Shown here in pieces: positions 13,463 through 26,629 of a stretch of 64,000 bases of DNA. The notes under the pieces were generated by a model that saw nothing but the letters and a program-made list of their open reading frames with translations, was not told the origin of the DNA and did no database searches. The DNA lies in NCBI RefSeq assembly GCF_018350175.1, contig NC_058368.1, forward strand, positions 41,976,001-42,040,000, given 5' to 3'. The DNA is from Felis catus. Taxonomy: Eukaryota. The translations under genes were made by a program, and so were the position numbers. Position 1 is the first letter of the stretch; each line of letters opens with the position of its first letter.

Positions 13463-15645
13463 TAAGAAAACATTAATGAAAAAGTATTTAGGATTCCTGA
13501 AGACCTCTTGATTCCAAAACTCCTAAGCATGAATTTTTTAAACCCTAAAGTTTCTAAATATAAAAATTAACAATAATTCTACAGATGTTATAAGTCTTTT
13601 ATCCTTGTTCTGGACATTAGAGTCTTGATAAATACCAGTAATTCAGCCTTCAGAACAGTTGAAAAATCTATGTAGCCAGCAAGAGAAAACAAACAAATTT
13701 TTCTTGAACCTACTTTTTTAAAAGTTAGTATAATAAATATGAGACAAAGTCTTTCTAAAAATTATCTAACTTTATGTTAAATCATAAGTCTGTAGACAAT
13801 TACACTAAGTGAAACCTAGATTCAGAGTATGAAATAATAAAGCACACACCATTTCTCAGGGAATTAGAATCTCTTTAATGAAGTCCAAATCTAATCTGCA
13901 TCTACCATTTTCAGAAGAAGATTAGAAGTTGTCAGTCGAAATATACAGGTACTCAGTGAAAGCTGTTCTCAGTGTTTGCTTTTGGGTTTTGTTGCAAAGC
14001 TGTAGTTTAGCTTTCTTAAAATTTATGCTTCCCACTCATACTCAGAAATCCCAAACGAAATCTAAAAGTTGAAGTCTATTTCTTTAACTCTCTAGATTAA
14101 AATGTTATATTTTCTTTATATATCATTCTATATCTTGATTTTTTTCCTTATGTTGTTTTACTGTCTCTCTTCCTTTAATATATAACCTAAAAACAATAAC
14201 ATATGCAATTTAACATAAGGGCATTTTTAAAAATATAGGCATCTGAAGTAGCCCCCAAACATGTATTGGGTTCTGTCAAACCATAATTTTTAAAAATGCA
14301 AAATTACATTTAAACTGTGAGTAATCTTTATTTGATGTTAAAAAGTAATATGTACCTCAGTTGCACTTTATTATTTAATGTTACAGGTTAATGTTAATCT
14401 ATGATAAGCAAAAATTTGTTTTCTATATTTACTTCATGTAAAAATTCCATAGGAATTGTATGTTAATGTCCCACAGAGGGCACTGACATCAATCCATCAT
14501 CCATTTCTGTTTCTTCTTTATTTTATTATTCATTTAGTTTGTTTTTTTGTACCTAAAATAAAGCAACTGTGATATATTGGTTTTTCTAGAATATCATATG
14601 CTTTATGCAGCTCTTTTATGTCAACATTTTGCAAATAATATATTTGGCCTAAAATGTTTTTCTCATTTAAATCTAGATTTTGCTAATATTGCATTTACCT
14701 TAAGATGAATCACATTAAGAGAAATAGTAGTATGAAAACTAAGCCAGTATGAGCCAAACTTTTTCCCACAGATGGTAACTATCTTAAAAGAAAAAACTAA
14801 AAGCAAAATCCTACTTTTGGAATCTTGTCAAGTAGTTTGATCTACTGCAATAAAGAAAGAAGCCAAATTAAACAGAAATCAATTAGCATGTAACAAGTAA
14901 TGATCAGCTATGATTTAAGCTTCAAGGGAAGAAGAGTTGACTCAGACAGAATTACAAGAAGATTAGAACACATTTTAATTTGTAATTATCTAACAACAAT
15001 GAATTTTGAGTAAGCTGGAAAAAAAGATCTGCAATGGTTATAGGCTTGATAATATTGAAATAGCATAAAAGTTTTATGATTTAGTTATCTCAATGCAAAG
15101 TAATGTGGGGAGAGGTACTGGAAGGAAAACAAAACAATAAAACAATTTTAAATATTGAAGAAATATCTTTACTATTTTAAACATTAAATAGTAACATTAC
15201 AAATAAATGAAATGTGTTTTCATGACAATCTTGACTGAAAAGTATGTAACGAAAATATGGCAATAAAAAGAGAAAATTGAAAACATCTGCAGCTTGTGAG
15301 AAGGTCAACTATTTAATGAATTATACATTATCCAGAGAGAGTTTCAAAGAGTATTAATTTGGTGTGAGCCTCTTTGCAGTGGTAACTCTCAGAACATACA
15401 GTACAAATAAGTACAATAATGGAGAGGCTTTATTTAGATCCTGCATGTGATTGGACTAAACTCATCTTTAAGAAACAGCAAGACTGGATCAACAAAATAT
15501 ATATGTTCCACAAAACACAAACAGTAGAATACAACCTTAGTTTACTAGAATGATGGGCATGAATCATTTTGATGCATCTAATGTTCTTGACTCAGAGATC
15601 AGTATTAAGCTTTTAATAAGAAAGAAAGGGGTATGTGTGTATGTG

Positions 15646-15677
<32 letters not shown>

Positions 15678-15786
15678 GCAGAGAGGGAAAAAGGAAGGAT
15701 AGATGGAAGGATGGAAGGAAGATTTTAAATAGTCTATTTAATGGTTTCCTGCGTCAATATTTAACAGTTAATTAATTAGTTAATTA

Positions 15787-15999
15787 ATTTTAATGTTTAT
15801 TTATTTTTGACAGAGAGAGAGAGAGAGACAGAGCATGAGTGGGGGAGGGGCACAGAGAGAGGGAGACACAAATCTGAAGCAGGCTCCAGGCTCTGAGCTG
15901 TCAGCACAGAGCCCAACACAGGGCTTGAACCCACAGACCGCGAGATCATGACCTGAGCCAAAGCTGGACACTCAACCGACTGAGCCACCCAGGTGTCCC
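15787..15999 (-). mobile_element. Can-SINE (feliform type)
   Basis: Full reverse-complement SINE body: aatgtttatttatttttga...gaagcaggctccaggctctgagctgtcagcacagagccc...tgagccacccaggtgtccc. Confidence 0.95.
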
Positions 16000-18097
16000 T
16001 ATAGTTAATTTATGCTTCAGGACTTTTCAGAATGTAGTGCTATTGAAATATGGTATATCATTGGCACAAGATATTAAAAGCAAAAGAAATTAACTAAATC
16101 TATACTGATACCAGGGAAAGATAGTGCTTTTCAAAAACACTATAATTTCCTTTTGTTTTCTGTGATTTTTGTCTTTCTTCTAAAGTCATATGTAGACAAA
16201 AAAGTTCCAGTGAATTGAAGATTTCATATTGCTTTATTCCAGTTATACCTATTTTTACTGTAAATGGCTTGTTTAAACTTTATTTTGTCTTTGGTGAGGC
16301 AAATATAGCTTAATTTTCTGTAATATCATTTTAGGGACATGACTAAGAAAATTTTCAAAAGAAATGTAACAAGGGGATAATGACAAGAATAAAATAAATT
16401 ATAAAAATAGTTTATTAGTTAAAACTATTTTATATAAACATGTTTGTTTAGAAAGTAACACATATATATAATGTAAGAAAGAGGTAAAATAAAAATGAAA
16501 ATAGAGAAAGATAATGTTTCAATGCAGTCAATTTCCTATTATCTTATTTAAAAAATAAGCATTACTTGGACATTTATTTCCCACTGTACCTTAAGATTAA
16601 AGGTTATGGCAATAATAACAAAGGCCCAAGGAAAGAAAATAATTCAAGAATACAATGGACCATAAATCTTCAAAACTAGTTCTGGAATCTTTTCTAAATT
16701 TGGAAGTATTTATCAAGAACTGTTAAAACTCCATGGAACATTTTTGTTGTCTTATTAGATACAGTGCTTATACGGACTCACTGCGTATAAGCAGACACTG
16801 CATTAAAGACCATCTACTTAGAGCATTTTTTCTTGTGATTGTAAAAGCTAATTTTAATGATGTTGTATTAACCAGAGCTATATTTTCATGTGATGAAGTA
16901 GAAAGGAATTTTAATGATACCCCTGGAAGATTTGGAATGCAGTAAGTTAACGTATGAAGTTGTAAAAACAAATTCAAGACGAGAATATGGGATCGAATTC
17001 TTAAGAAATACATTCCTCCCCTAGAAGGTGGTTCTGATGTAGATCCAGTGAGTAAGGGTGGTACTATATTTGTAAAGGATATGGCTTTATGAACAAATTT
17101 GCTTTATTCTGTATATATAAAAAATCATTTATAACACAGAAAACATTAAAATACATGTTTTTTTTTTACTTGGTAATGGTTATAGAGCCAGAAAAATTGT
17201 TTTTCTAACACCCTAAAAGCATTAGTCAATAGTCTGATTATAAATAACCATGGCTAGAATTATTTTTAAGGCAGAGAGGGATTTTTTTAATTCTAAGTTC
17301 AAATTTGAAAACAAAGGGAAAAAATAGTCCTTTCAAGAAGGAAATAGATTTGTAATTCGTTGTACTCTTGAAGGGTAGCACCTTGGGGAGTTATTCATTT
17401 TTCTCTGGGTATCTCACGCATATATATGAAATATAAAATGCTAGTAAACCTGGGTGGTGATTTTTTCATGATAATCAGTCTTTTATTACAGACATCTCAG
17501 CCAAGAACTCAGAAAGGTAGAGGAAAAATTATTTTTCCTCCCCTATACTCTTTAAGTAATTTTATTTTAAATGATATCAATTTCTTCTATACATCAGTAT
17601 ACTGCTCATCAGGGTTTGGAACATGGTGGAATTAATATTATTATAAATAAAGTATTTTTATAGAGTGTTTAAGAATGAATTTTTTTTGAAGGATATTGGT
17701 GCCTGGGGCAACAGATGGTATGACATAACTGAAGCAATTATGTTTTATTAATATAGCATACTGTAGAACCACACGAAACACCCACTTGGAAACAAGGCTT
17801 TGCTAAATTTAAGTTAATTTAGAAGTAATGAATCAAGGTAAAATATTTTCTGAAGTCAGAACAATAGGACTAAGAAATGTGTGATATGAGGGAAGAGAGA
17901 AATAATATGTCCATTACATTCTCATGAACAATATCCTACTTAACATGTTGCAACATCTGAGTATAATCTTCGGAAACAAAGACTAGGAACAAAATACCTC
18001 CAACCCTGGTTCTCTGAGAAAATATCTAGGAGAAAATTTATATGAAAGCAGTGTGCATCTACCACATCCATGCCTTATTTTAAGGAAAACAGATAAA

Positions 18098-18320
18098 GGG
18101 CACCTGGGTGGCTCAGTCAGTTAAGCGTCTCTTAGTTTCAGCTCAGGTCATGATCTCACCAGTCATGGGATGGAGCCCCTCATTGGGCTCTGTGCTGACA
18201 GTGTGGAGCCTGCTTGGGATTCTCTCTCTCCCTCTCTCTCTACCCCTCTCTGTTTGCATGTGTGCATGTTCTCTCTCTCTCTCTTTCTCTCAAAATAAGT
18301 AAATAAAACTTAAAAAAAAA
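18098..18320 (+). mobile_element. Can-SINE
   Basis: gggcacctgggtggctcagtcagttaagcg head, (CT)n region, aataa/A-tail. Confidence 0.95.
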
Positions 18321-21300
18321 GAAAAGAAATAAAATTCCTGGAGAGAACAACATTGTTGAACATAGACCATATAACTGGTGAAGGTAGCCAAAATTAAGGT
18401 AGCATCAGGTTAGTTTAAACAATTAGTTTTAATGGCGTAAGTACAAAAGACAGTTATGAGTAAAAGATTTAATTCTCTCCATCAATAATAAAGTAGATTA
18501 CCATCCTTTCTTTTTTTCTTAAAGCATTTACTTTATAAAACTTAAAATTGTAAGTACTTTCTCACCTGTTTGAAATATATGTAAATCTTTTGAAAACTAG
18601 AGAGGCCTTTGTCATCTTTATAATCCAGGAATACTTCTCAAGAACCTGGGAGCCACCCCTTTGAACTGTACACATCAAGGTAGATAGCACCCCTGTCTCC
18701 CAGTTTCTGTGGAAGGATAGGAGCCTAAATTCAGTGGGCACCTTGCTACAGGTTGCAAATTTCTCTCTTGTCGTAAAGATATGAGACATGAATGAGCCAA
18801 TACAGGTAGTCACCCCTATAACTGTAAAGTTAGTTGCACTATATGTGAATACTGATGCTATGAAGTTCTGTTCCTTGAGGACTGATTATTGTCTATCTTG
18901 AAAACATATCTGTAGTGGGTTGTATCTGCTTGTAGATAGAGTGGGGTGGGGGGGGGGGGCGCGGGGGGAGATTCCTTTCTGTCTTTGCCATCTCTCAGAA
19001 TTGCTTGCCTATGATGCTCCTCAGATTCTGGTCCAATGCATATTCAATTAGGAAAGTGCTTTCTTTCTCTTCTACACTTGTAGAAAGGATTTCTGGGTTG
19101 ATAGAAAATTTTGTTTTTAATGATAATTTCTCAACAATGGCCAAAATCAGTCAGAAACAAAGAATTCAGGATATGTGCACCAGAGAGAAAATACATGTCA
19201 ACATTTTAGTATTAGTGACATAAGTTAGAATAAATTTATGCACAGTTATTGATAAGCACATTTCCTAAATACAGTGTACTAACAGCTAGGAATTATTCCT
19301 TTTTTCAGTAAAAATTAAAAAAAAAAACTCGTTAAAGAGTGTCAGACTCCTCTTAGCCCATGAACACCATCGTTAATTAAGCAAGCAAAAAACCCTGACC
19401 TTACAAAGTGAAAGTAAAATTTGGCATAATCTTTTAGCAGAATAGGATTTTAAAAATGCATTGGACTGGATAGAATATTAAATACACAAGGTCATATGCT
19501 GTGTTAACAAACACTAAAAAATAATTATTTTTAATCAATAAGATCATATAACAATGATATGCAATGATGTATTACAAACTAAACAAATATTTATTGTATT
19601 CCCATGAATCAAATGAAGGTCACATTGTTTTGATGCAGTATTAAAGGTATCCAAGAAATGCAAACTTTAACTCCACAGTGTGTAGAGTTTCCTTTTATTA
19701 CACACACATAACCCTTACCCTGGCAGGGGAAAAATTGTTATATTATGTCTTCATTAAATATCTACTATATCTTATTTCCTAACAAATGATTCTTCAATGC
19801 ATACATTAACAAATTGAACATTGTCCATTTTTTCTCAAAAAGTTCCTTAATTTAAAAAATAAAATGCAAAGATTAAGATGATTTTAGGTACATATTTATG
19901 TATATACATCTATTTATATATGCATACTCACACAAACATATAGACTTATAGATATTTTCATTTCTTCTATATGTAACACATACAGGTATTTGCTATTTGC
20001 AATTTTCCTTTTATGAATTTTACACATGACATGTTAAATAAGTGGATGAGTCAAAGACTTTATAAGAATTTAGAAATAATGTTCTCCATCACTGGATCAT
20101 TGTTTTCCTTAACTATAATACGTCAAATGATTAAACACTCAACACAAATATTTGAAATCTATATGATAGAACTCCCATATGTACTATGCAATAGTTCATT
20201 ATTCTACCAGAAAAAAAAAACAAAACATTTTGCTTTGATTCATGTTTTTGCCAAGTAACCACTTTTATAAAGTTCAAAAAAAAGGGAGAGGGTAGATTTG
20301 CCCTGGAGCAAAAACATGGCTATGCAAAAGAAACTAATTTTGTGTACATTACATTCCTTTATTTTTCTTTACCTTAAATGAAAAATTAAACAGAGAGGAT
20401 ATATAGAAACAATATACAAGTTGAGAGAAAAATTTTCAAATACTGTAATGATTTATATTCAAAATTATGCTCAAGAAATTAATACATATTTATCTTTTTT
20501 AAACTAATGAAGTATTTGAGCCAGAAAGGTTAAAAATGGCTCAGGGAACAACCATGCTAAGTAAATGTTTTAGGGCCTTGATTTATGCAACAAGTTCAGT
20601 TTAATAATGAGCAAAACTGCTAATCAGTGCCCACAGATATTAGATAATAAATTCAACAGGGCCAAATGGATATTTGCAGCATAGCAACTACTGGCTTAAT
20701 GATTTAATTAATCTAAACATGCAAAATTTTGTGCTTGCTTAAATTTGTTTAGCACATGACACATTAATGGAGATTAAAAACTAAGGGTGTATTCATAAAT
20801 TTTAAAAGTGTTTTAGGGGGAAAGGGACAATTACCAGATCTTACATAAATGCCTCATAAGAACTGTATCAGGAACTTGAGGAAATGAGTTCATATATTTG
20901 GCCTTGTAATTATTTACCTTATATTGCTAAACTGAAATGGCTTTGATTAGTACAGTGTATCTATAAAACTGCTCTAAAGAAAAGACAGTGATAATCAAAG
21001 TAGAATATAATTAGAATACTAGCTTTCTTTAGAGCTTCCCTGTTGTAACAATTACTTCAAATGAACAATTTAAAATCATGCAATTTATTTTTCTCGTTGC
21101 ATCTAGAATCTTAGAATGGTTTCTTTCACAAAACCATTATTTTGAACATTTAAAAACATTTTAATTTTAAGCTGTTTTAATATGAGTGATATATATATCT
21201 ATTACTGTAAGAGGTAGAACAAGTTTACTCAGAAGAAGTAATGATAAGAATAAAATAGATGAAAAGACAATTAGGGAACTCACAGTTAACTTTTTTTTTC

Positions 21301-21327
21301 TCTGCTCATTTATTTTATTGCTGTTAC

Positions 21328-21522
21328 TTTTTTAATATTTATTTTTTAATTTTGACAGAGACAGAGAGTGAGTGGGGGAGGGACAGAGAGAGAGGGAGAG
21401 AGAGAATCTCAAGCCGTCTTCACACTCAGCACAGAGTCAGACATGGGATCGTGACTGTGAGATCATGACCTGAGCTGAAATCTGGAGTCGATGCTTAACT
21501 CACTGAGCCACCCAGGTGCCCC
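21328..21522 (-). mobile_element. Can-SINE abutting the tail of an L1
   Basis: Reverse-complement SINE ending tgagccacccaggtgcccc at 21522. Confidence 0.92.
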
Positions 21523-21524
21523 AA

Positions 21525-22006
21525 GTTTTTTTGAAATTTTTATTTAAATTCCACTTATTTACATACAGTGTGATGTACAATATAGTGTACAATATAGTGT
21601 ACAATATAGTGATTCAACACTTTCACACAACACCTGGTGTTCATCACAACAAGAGCACTCCTTAATCCCCATCATCTGATTAACTCATCCTCCCACCCAT
21701 CTCTCCTCTAACCATCAGATTGTTCTCTATAGTTAGGAGTCAGTTTCTTGGTTTGCCTCTCTCTCTCTCCTCCCCCCCCCCCGCCCCCGCTTTACTCATT
21801 TGTTCTTTTCTTAATTCCACATATAGGTGAAATCATGTGATATTTGCCTTTCAACTGACTGATTTAGCTTAGCATAATACTCTCTCGTTCCATCCACATT
21901 ATTGCAAATGGCAAGGTTTCATTCTTTTTTATGCCTGAGTAATATTCCATTGTACATATATACCATATATATATATATATATATATGCACATATATACCA
22001 TATATA

Positions 22007-22056
<50 letters not shown>

Positions 22057-22453
22057 TCATTGGTTGATGGACACTTGGGCCGTTTCTGTATTTGGCTATT
22101 GTAAGTAACGCTGCTATAAACACTGGGGTGGATATATCCCTTTAAATTAGTATTTTGTATTCTTTCTTTTAATGTTTTTATTTATTTTTGAGACAGAGAG
22201 AGACAGAGCATGAGCAGGGGAGGGGCAGAGAGAGGGAGACACAGAATCAGAAGCAGGCTCCAGGCTCCAAGCCATCAGCACAGAGCCCAATGTGGGGCTC
22301 GAACTTACAAACCGCAAGATCATGACCTGAGCCAAAGTCGCATGCCTAACTGACTGAGCCACCCAGGTGCCCCATAGTATTTTTGTATTCTTTGGGTAAA
22401 TACCTAGTAGTGCAATTGCTGGATAGCAGGGTAGTTCTATTTTTAACTTTTTT
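21525..22453 (-). mobile_element. 5'-truncated carnivore L1 (3' UTR plus ORF2 C-terminus), interrupted by a SINE and a (TA)n expansion
   Basis: ORF-track 21929..22123(-) begins MFIAALLTIAK, the L1 ORF2 C-terminal motif. Also present: ttccacatataggtgaaatcatg, gagtaatattccattgta and gggtaaatacctagtagtgcaattgctgga. Confidence 0.9.
22166..22373 (-). mobile_element. Can-SINE nested within the L1
   Basis: Full SINE body. TSD tagtattttgtattcttt (22148-22165) / tagtatttttgtattcttt (22375-22393). Confidence 0.96.
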
Positions 22454-25400
22454 GTTTAGCAATATTTCCATTAATTGTCCATAATATAAATTGGGTTCTA
22501 TATTTTACTACTTGATAGATTTATGAAATATACTCATATAAACCTCCCTTCAAACAAAACTTATTTTTTCTTCTTGGAATTCAATATGTATTTGTTTTGA
22601 TTGAGCAGATTTTTTAATTAAAAAAATATTTAAAATTCCTATTCAGAAATATTTAAAACACCTAAGGTCTTAGTATATCACTCAGTGGGTTACTTTTCTA
22701 GTGTTTTCCAACTACAAGTTACTAAATTAAATGTTAATATTTTGTTTATGCTTGCAAGTGCTTATACTTCTTGAAAAATATTTAATTATACTATACATCA
22801 TTAACAATTTTCAAACCATGCACAATCATTTTAATTATTTTAATGCAATCAATTTAATTATGTGAATGCTCTATATACATATTAAGGAGAAAAAAAATGC
22901 CAGAAACTAACTTTAGTACTTCAATATTTTCTGTGATAAATTTTGTTCCTAATATAATTTTATTACTATTTTATTAAAGAGGGATTTCAGAATTGGGTTT
23001 CAATTTTAATATTTAACAATGATAAGGTTCCTGGTTAATATGATGTGATGCTTACAAATGCCCCATTACCTCAATTATAGCAGTTTTCAAATGGAGACCA
23101 TATCTCATTTATATTTCTTTCCTCAGTTATATATAAACCCCCAGTAAATTTTAAATCAAGAAAAGCACGAATAAATGAATGGAATATGCATTCAGAAGTG
23201 GAATTAAACTAGATCCTCTCCAAGTACTTTCAATGAGTTTATTAGACCAATAGACCAAGAAAGAAGTGTTAAATATACTGTGCTGGTTTCCAGAGTGATT
23301 TGAATTCCAGAATGTGTACATCAAATGTAAAAATTCATGATCAGAACCATGGCTTTAGAATTCATTTGAGACAATCCAAAGACAAACATTTTAGTACTAC
23401 AGTCTCCTGAGGAACTGTCTAGCAGCTGATATTATTGATTTTCAATTATGTCTTTTTCTAGAAAACAAAAAATCGTATTTTGATCTGCTGATATTATTTC
23501 TCGACTTGTTTTCTTGTGTTTCTAATAAGCTGACAAAAGATAAATACAAACCAGAAGCACTTCAAGTAGTTCTGTAATTACACATTTTTCTTGTAACATA
23601 TTGTATAAGTGCATGATAGAATACTTAATTGCCCTATACTAGCAATTAGCAGTTGGTCCTGTTACATGTTCTGCACAAGTAGGATATTATATTGTCATAT
23701 CTGTTTTGTGCTTTACATTTTATGCACACTAATTATGGATATTGGTATAGACGTAAGCATTGGAGTTTATGTCTGAACTCCTTATCTGTCCAAGAAAACA
23801 CATGTATAACATTTTAGACAAATTAAAAGTATGTGTGTTTTTTTAAAAGAGCTAATTTTATGCCATATTATAACTGATTTATTTCCTCTCTCTAGACTTA
23901 TGCATTAAGACTGAAATTGCACACAAGTCCCAGGGAGCACTCTAATTTACTTGAAAACAGTAATTTTTTTTCATGTTTCTTTTCTTAATTACTGTAAAAT
24001 TCCAAGGATAGAGTGCAGGGCAGGGGGGGGCGGGGCAGAATATAATTCCATTTCTAGTACTTTTCACAAATAAATTGAACAAATCTTTCCCAGGAACATA
24101 CATGGGATTCATTTATACACTTCTGTGTACTCATATTATAAGAAAATACTGCTTTATATTTGAAGGGTCTTTTTAACTCAGGTTATGCTATTTTGTTCAT
24201 AAAACATATATGTCACATAGAGAATCATACTCTTTAGATGATAGCTCCGGGCTGGGTCTTACAACTTCCAGATTTTATTTCCAGCTGATGGAGTTTTGAG
24301 AGGTATCCTTTGCAAAAGGTATTGGTGCCTTTTGTCTGCCTTTAAAAAGTAGGTATTTAACTTTTCTAAATGCCGTGTACAGATCTTCTTAAAATGTATT
24401 TTGTTGTATTTAAAACACAGAAACACACACATACATGCACATAAACACACACACACACCATTCAGAAGAATTTTTGCTAGAGAATGATATTGACCACTTA
24501 CAGGTAGTACAAATGCAATTAATTTGTTAGTTAATTGACTAATGCAGATATTAAAAAGAGATATTAGTTTCACTGGGTAACTGAAATTGGCTTCATTTTA
24601 TTTGGTGAGTGTATAGGAGGAGTTAAATAATCAGGATACCAAACTATTAAAACTGTAATTGACTTAACTGTGATAGTACATCCTCTCTCAAAATTGTCCT
24701 CATTAGTATAATAATTAAATCAAATCAAATATCTTAATATATAAAACATATTATTTGTATTGGCATTTTATCAAAGGGCTGTATTACCAGACAGAAATAT
24801 TCTATAGCATATTTAAAAAATAAATTATATAAGTTCAGAAAGGTAAGCAGAGTTAAAAAGTTTTCTTAAGAACACTACTTATCTCAATGCTATCGATGAC
24901 TATGACGAAATTAACTATTAAACATGTAGAAATCCAATAGAGTTTAGATCATTTAGAGAGAGATTGGTTGCCTTCCCACTTGGAGAATGTGGCAGTGATA
25001 AACACAAAAATGTCTTTTTTATTTAAAATTCATTTGAAAATATAGTTTCTTGCATGTATTCAGCATAAGTCTTCTAAAATTCTAAATATTCTTGTACATA
25101 CTATCAAAGAGATTTCTTCCATGTACAAAGAGTAGTGACACTTTAGTCATTGAGAAATTGTTCAATGTATTTCATATGTATCCAAGAAATTTTATAGAAA
25201 CATATGACTGTACATTTATACTGAATTCATACAGTGAGCATTAAGAAATAGTTGAGCTTTGTTCAATGTGTTTTCTTTATTATAAACAGCTCCTTTTTAC
25301 CACTTTTATATTCCATCTTAGGTTGTGACACGTATTCATGGAAGTGTAACAGTTAAAAAAAAGCATGGCATATTTCTGCTGTCTCAGCTATGTTTTAAAG

Positions 25401-26581
25401 TTTTATATTTTAGTTGCCTGTAGAAATCCTCCCATTGTTTTAAAACTTTATCTAATTATGCAGTTCCAAACCAGTCGAAAAATACGTGACATTACCAAAC
25501 AAATCACCAGTATGAAAACAAAAGCATAATAGACACCTGTTCCATTAAACTTTCATGTAGTTTCTCATTCTACTGATTTTCTCTAGTAAAATTCTTTTTA
25601 ATTAAACATGCTGTAACTCTGCACTTGGTTTTCATTCATGATAGATATTTTGACTCCTCTTTATAAATATAAATACTACTTTTTATAATTTGTGTTTTAG
25701 GTTGTGAGATTTATATTCTACAATATAGTTCCTGAAAGTGAGCACGCAACCTTGGCCTGGTTCTTCCTCACTCTCTGACTCCCTGTCTCTCTGGCACTTT
25801 GTTACTTTATGCTTTCTTCCACTCTGTCAGCAACTCTCTCAGCAGCTCAGAGTTCTTCTGCTTGCTTCAAAGAAAGAGATTCTTTTTCAGGTTGAAATCA
25901 ATGTTATCCCAATGCACCTGACTCAACATATGATTTTTCACACTATAATCTTTCTTTGCAGCGTGGAATATTCTAAAACAAATTTAAATGTGTACATAGT
26001 TAGAGAAAAGTTATATATGTACACTTTACTTCCATCAATTCGTTATGATAATGGGACAGGTAATTGTTTTTATTCAACCTAACACTTTTTTTTCTGCTGA
26101 CCTAAATATAAAAAAAGGATCTCTATTATTTTGGGTAAGTTATTGTATATTACTAATTATACATTTATGCATTCAAAAATTAGCATATCTCTCTTAATTA
26201 ACATGAATTTCAAGAAGTGTTAATGACCAGATGGGTAACTGATTTATTCTAACATGATTACCAAAAACTGTTAGCTCAGTGTATAAAATAATTTTAAAAA
26301 TTATTAACAAGATTTATTTTCCTTAATGAGAAATGAACATAGGCTTGAAATATAAAATTAAAATACACAGAAAAACAGAAATGCTAAATTCCTTCTCAAC
26401 CTTATCACTCAATGGAAACCATCCATTAGCAATATGTTTTCCAAGTCTTTTCTATGCACAATTTTTCCAAACATATCTCCGCTGGTGGAGCAACAAATGT
26501 ATCAGTTTCCTAAGCAAGGCTGAAAATTTCCAACTAGATGTAGTCACATATTGATCAAACTGTGACATTTACTAGGTTTCT

Positions 26582-26629
26582 GGGTGCCGTCTCTCTCTCT
26601 CTCAAAAATAAATAAAAACATTAAAAAAA
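26582..26629 (+). mobile_element. Can-SINE remnant (tail only, possibly with a fused head)
   Basis: gggtgccg directly followed by tctctctctctctcaaaaataaataaaaacattaaaaaaa, the feliform SINE 3' end. Confidence 0.7.

Noticed and set aside
18555..18600. Possible recursive splice site (minus strand aaacAG|GTGAGA)
   Set aside because: The upstream pyrimidine tract is poor, so it is indistinguishable from chance.
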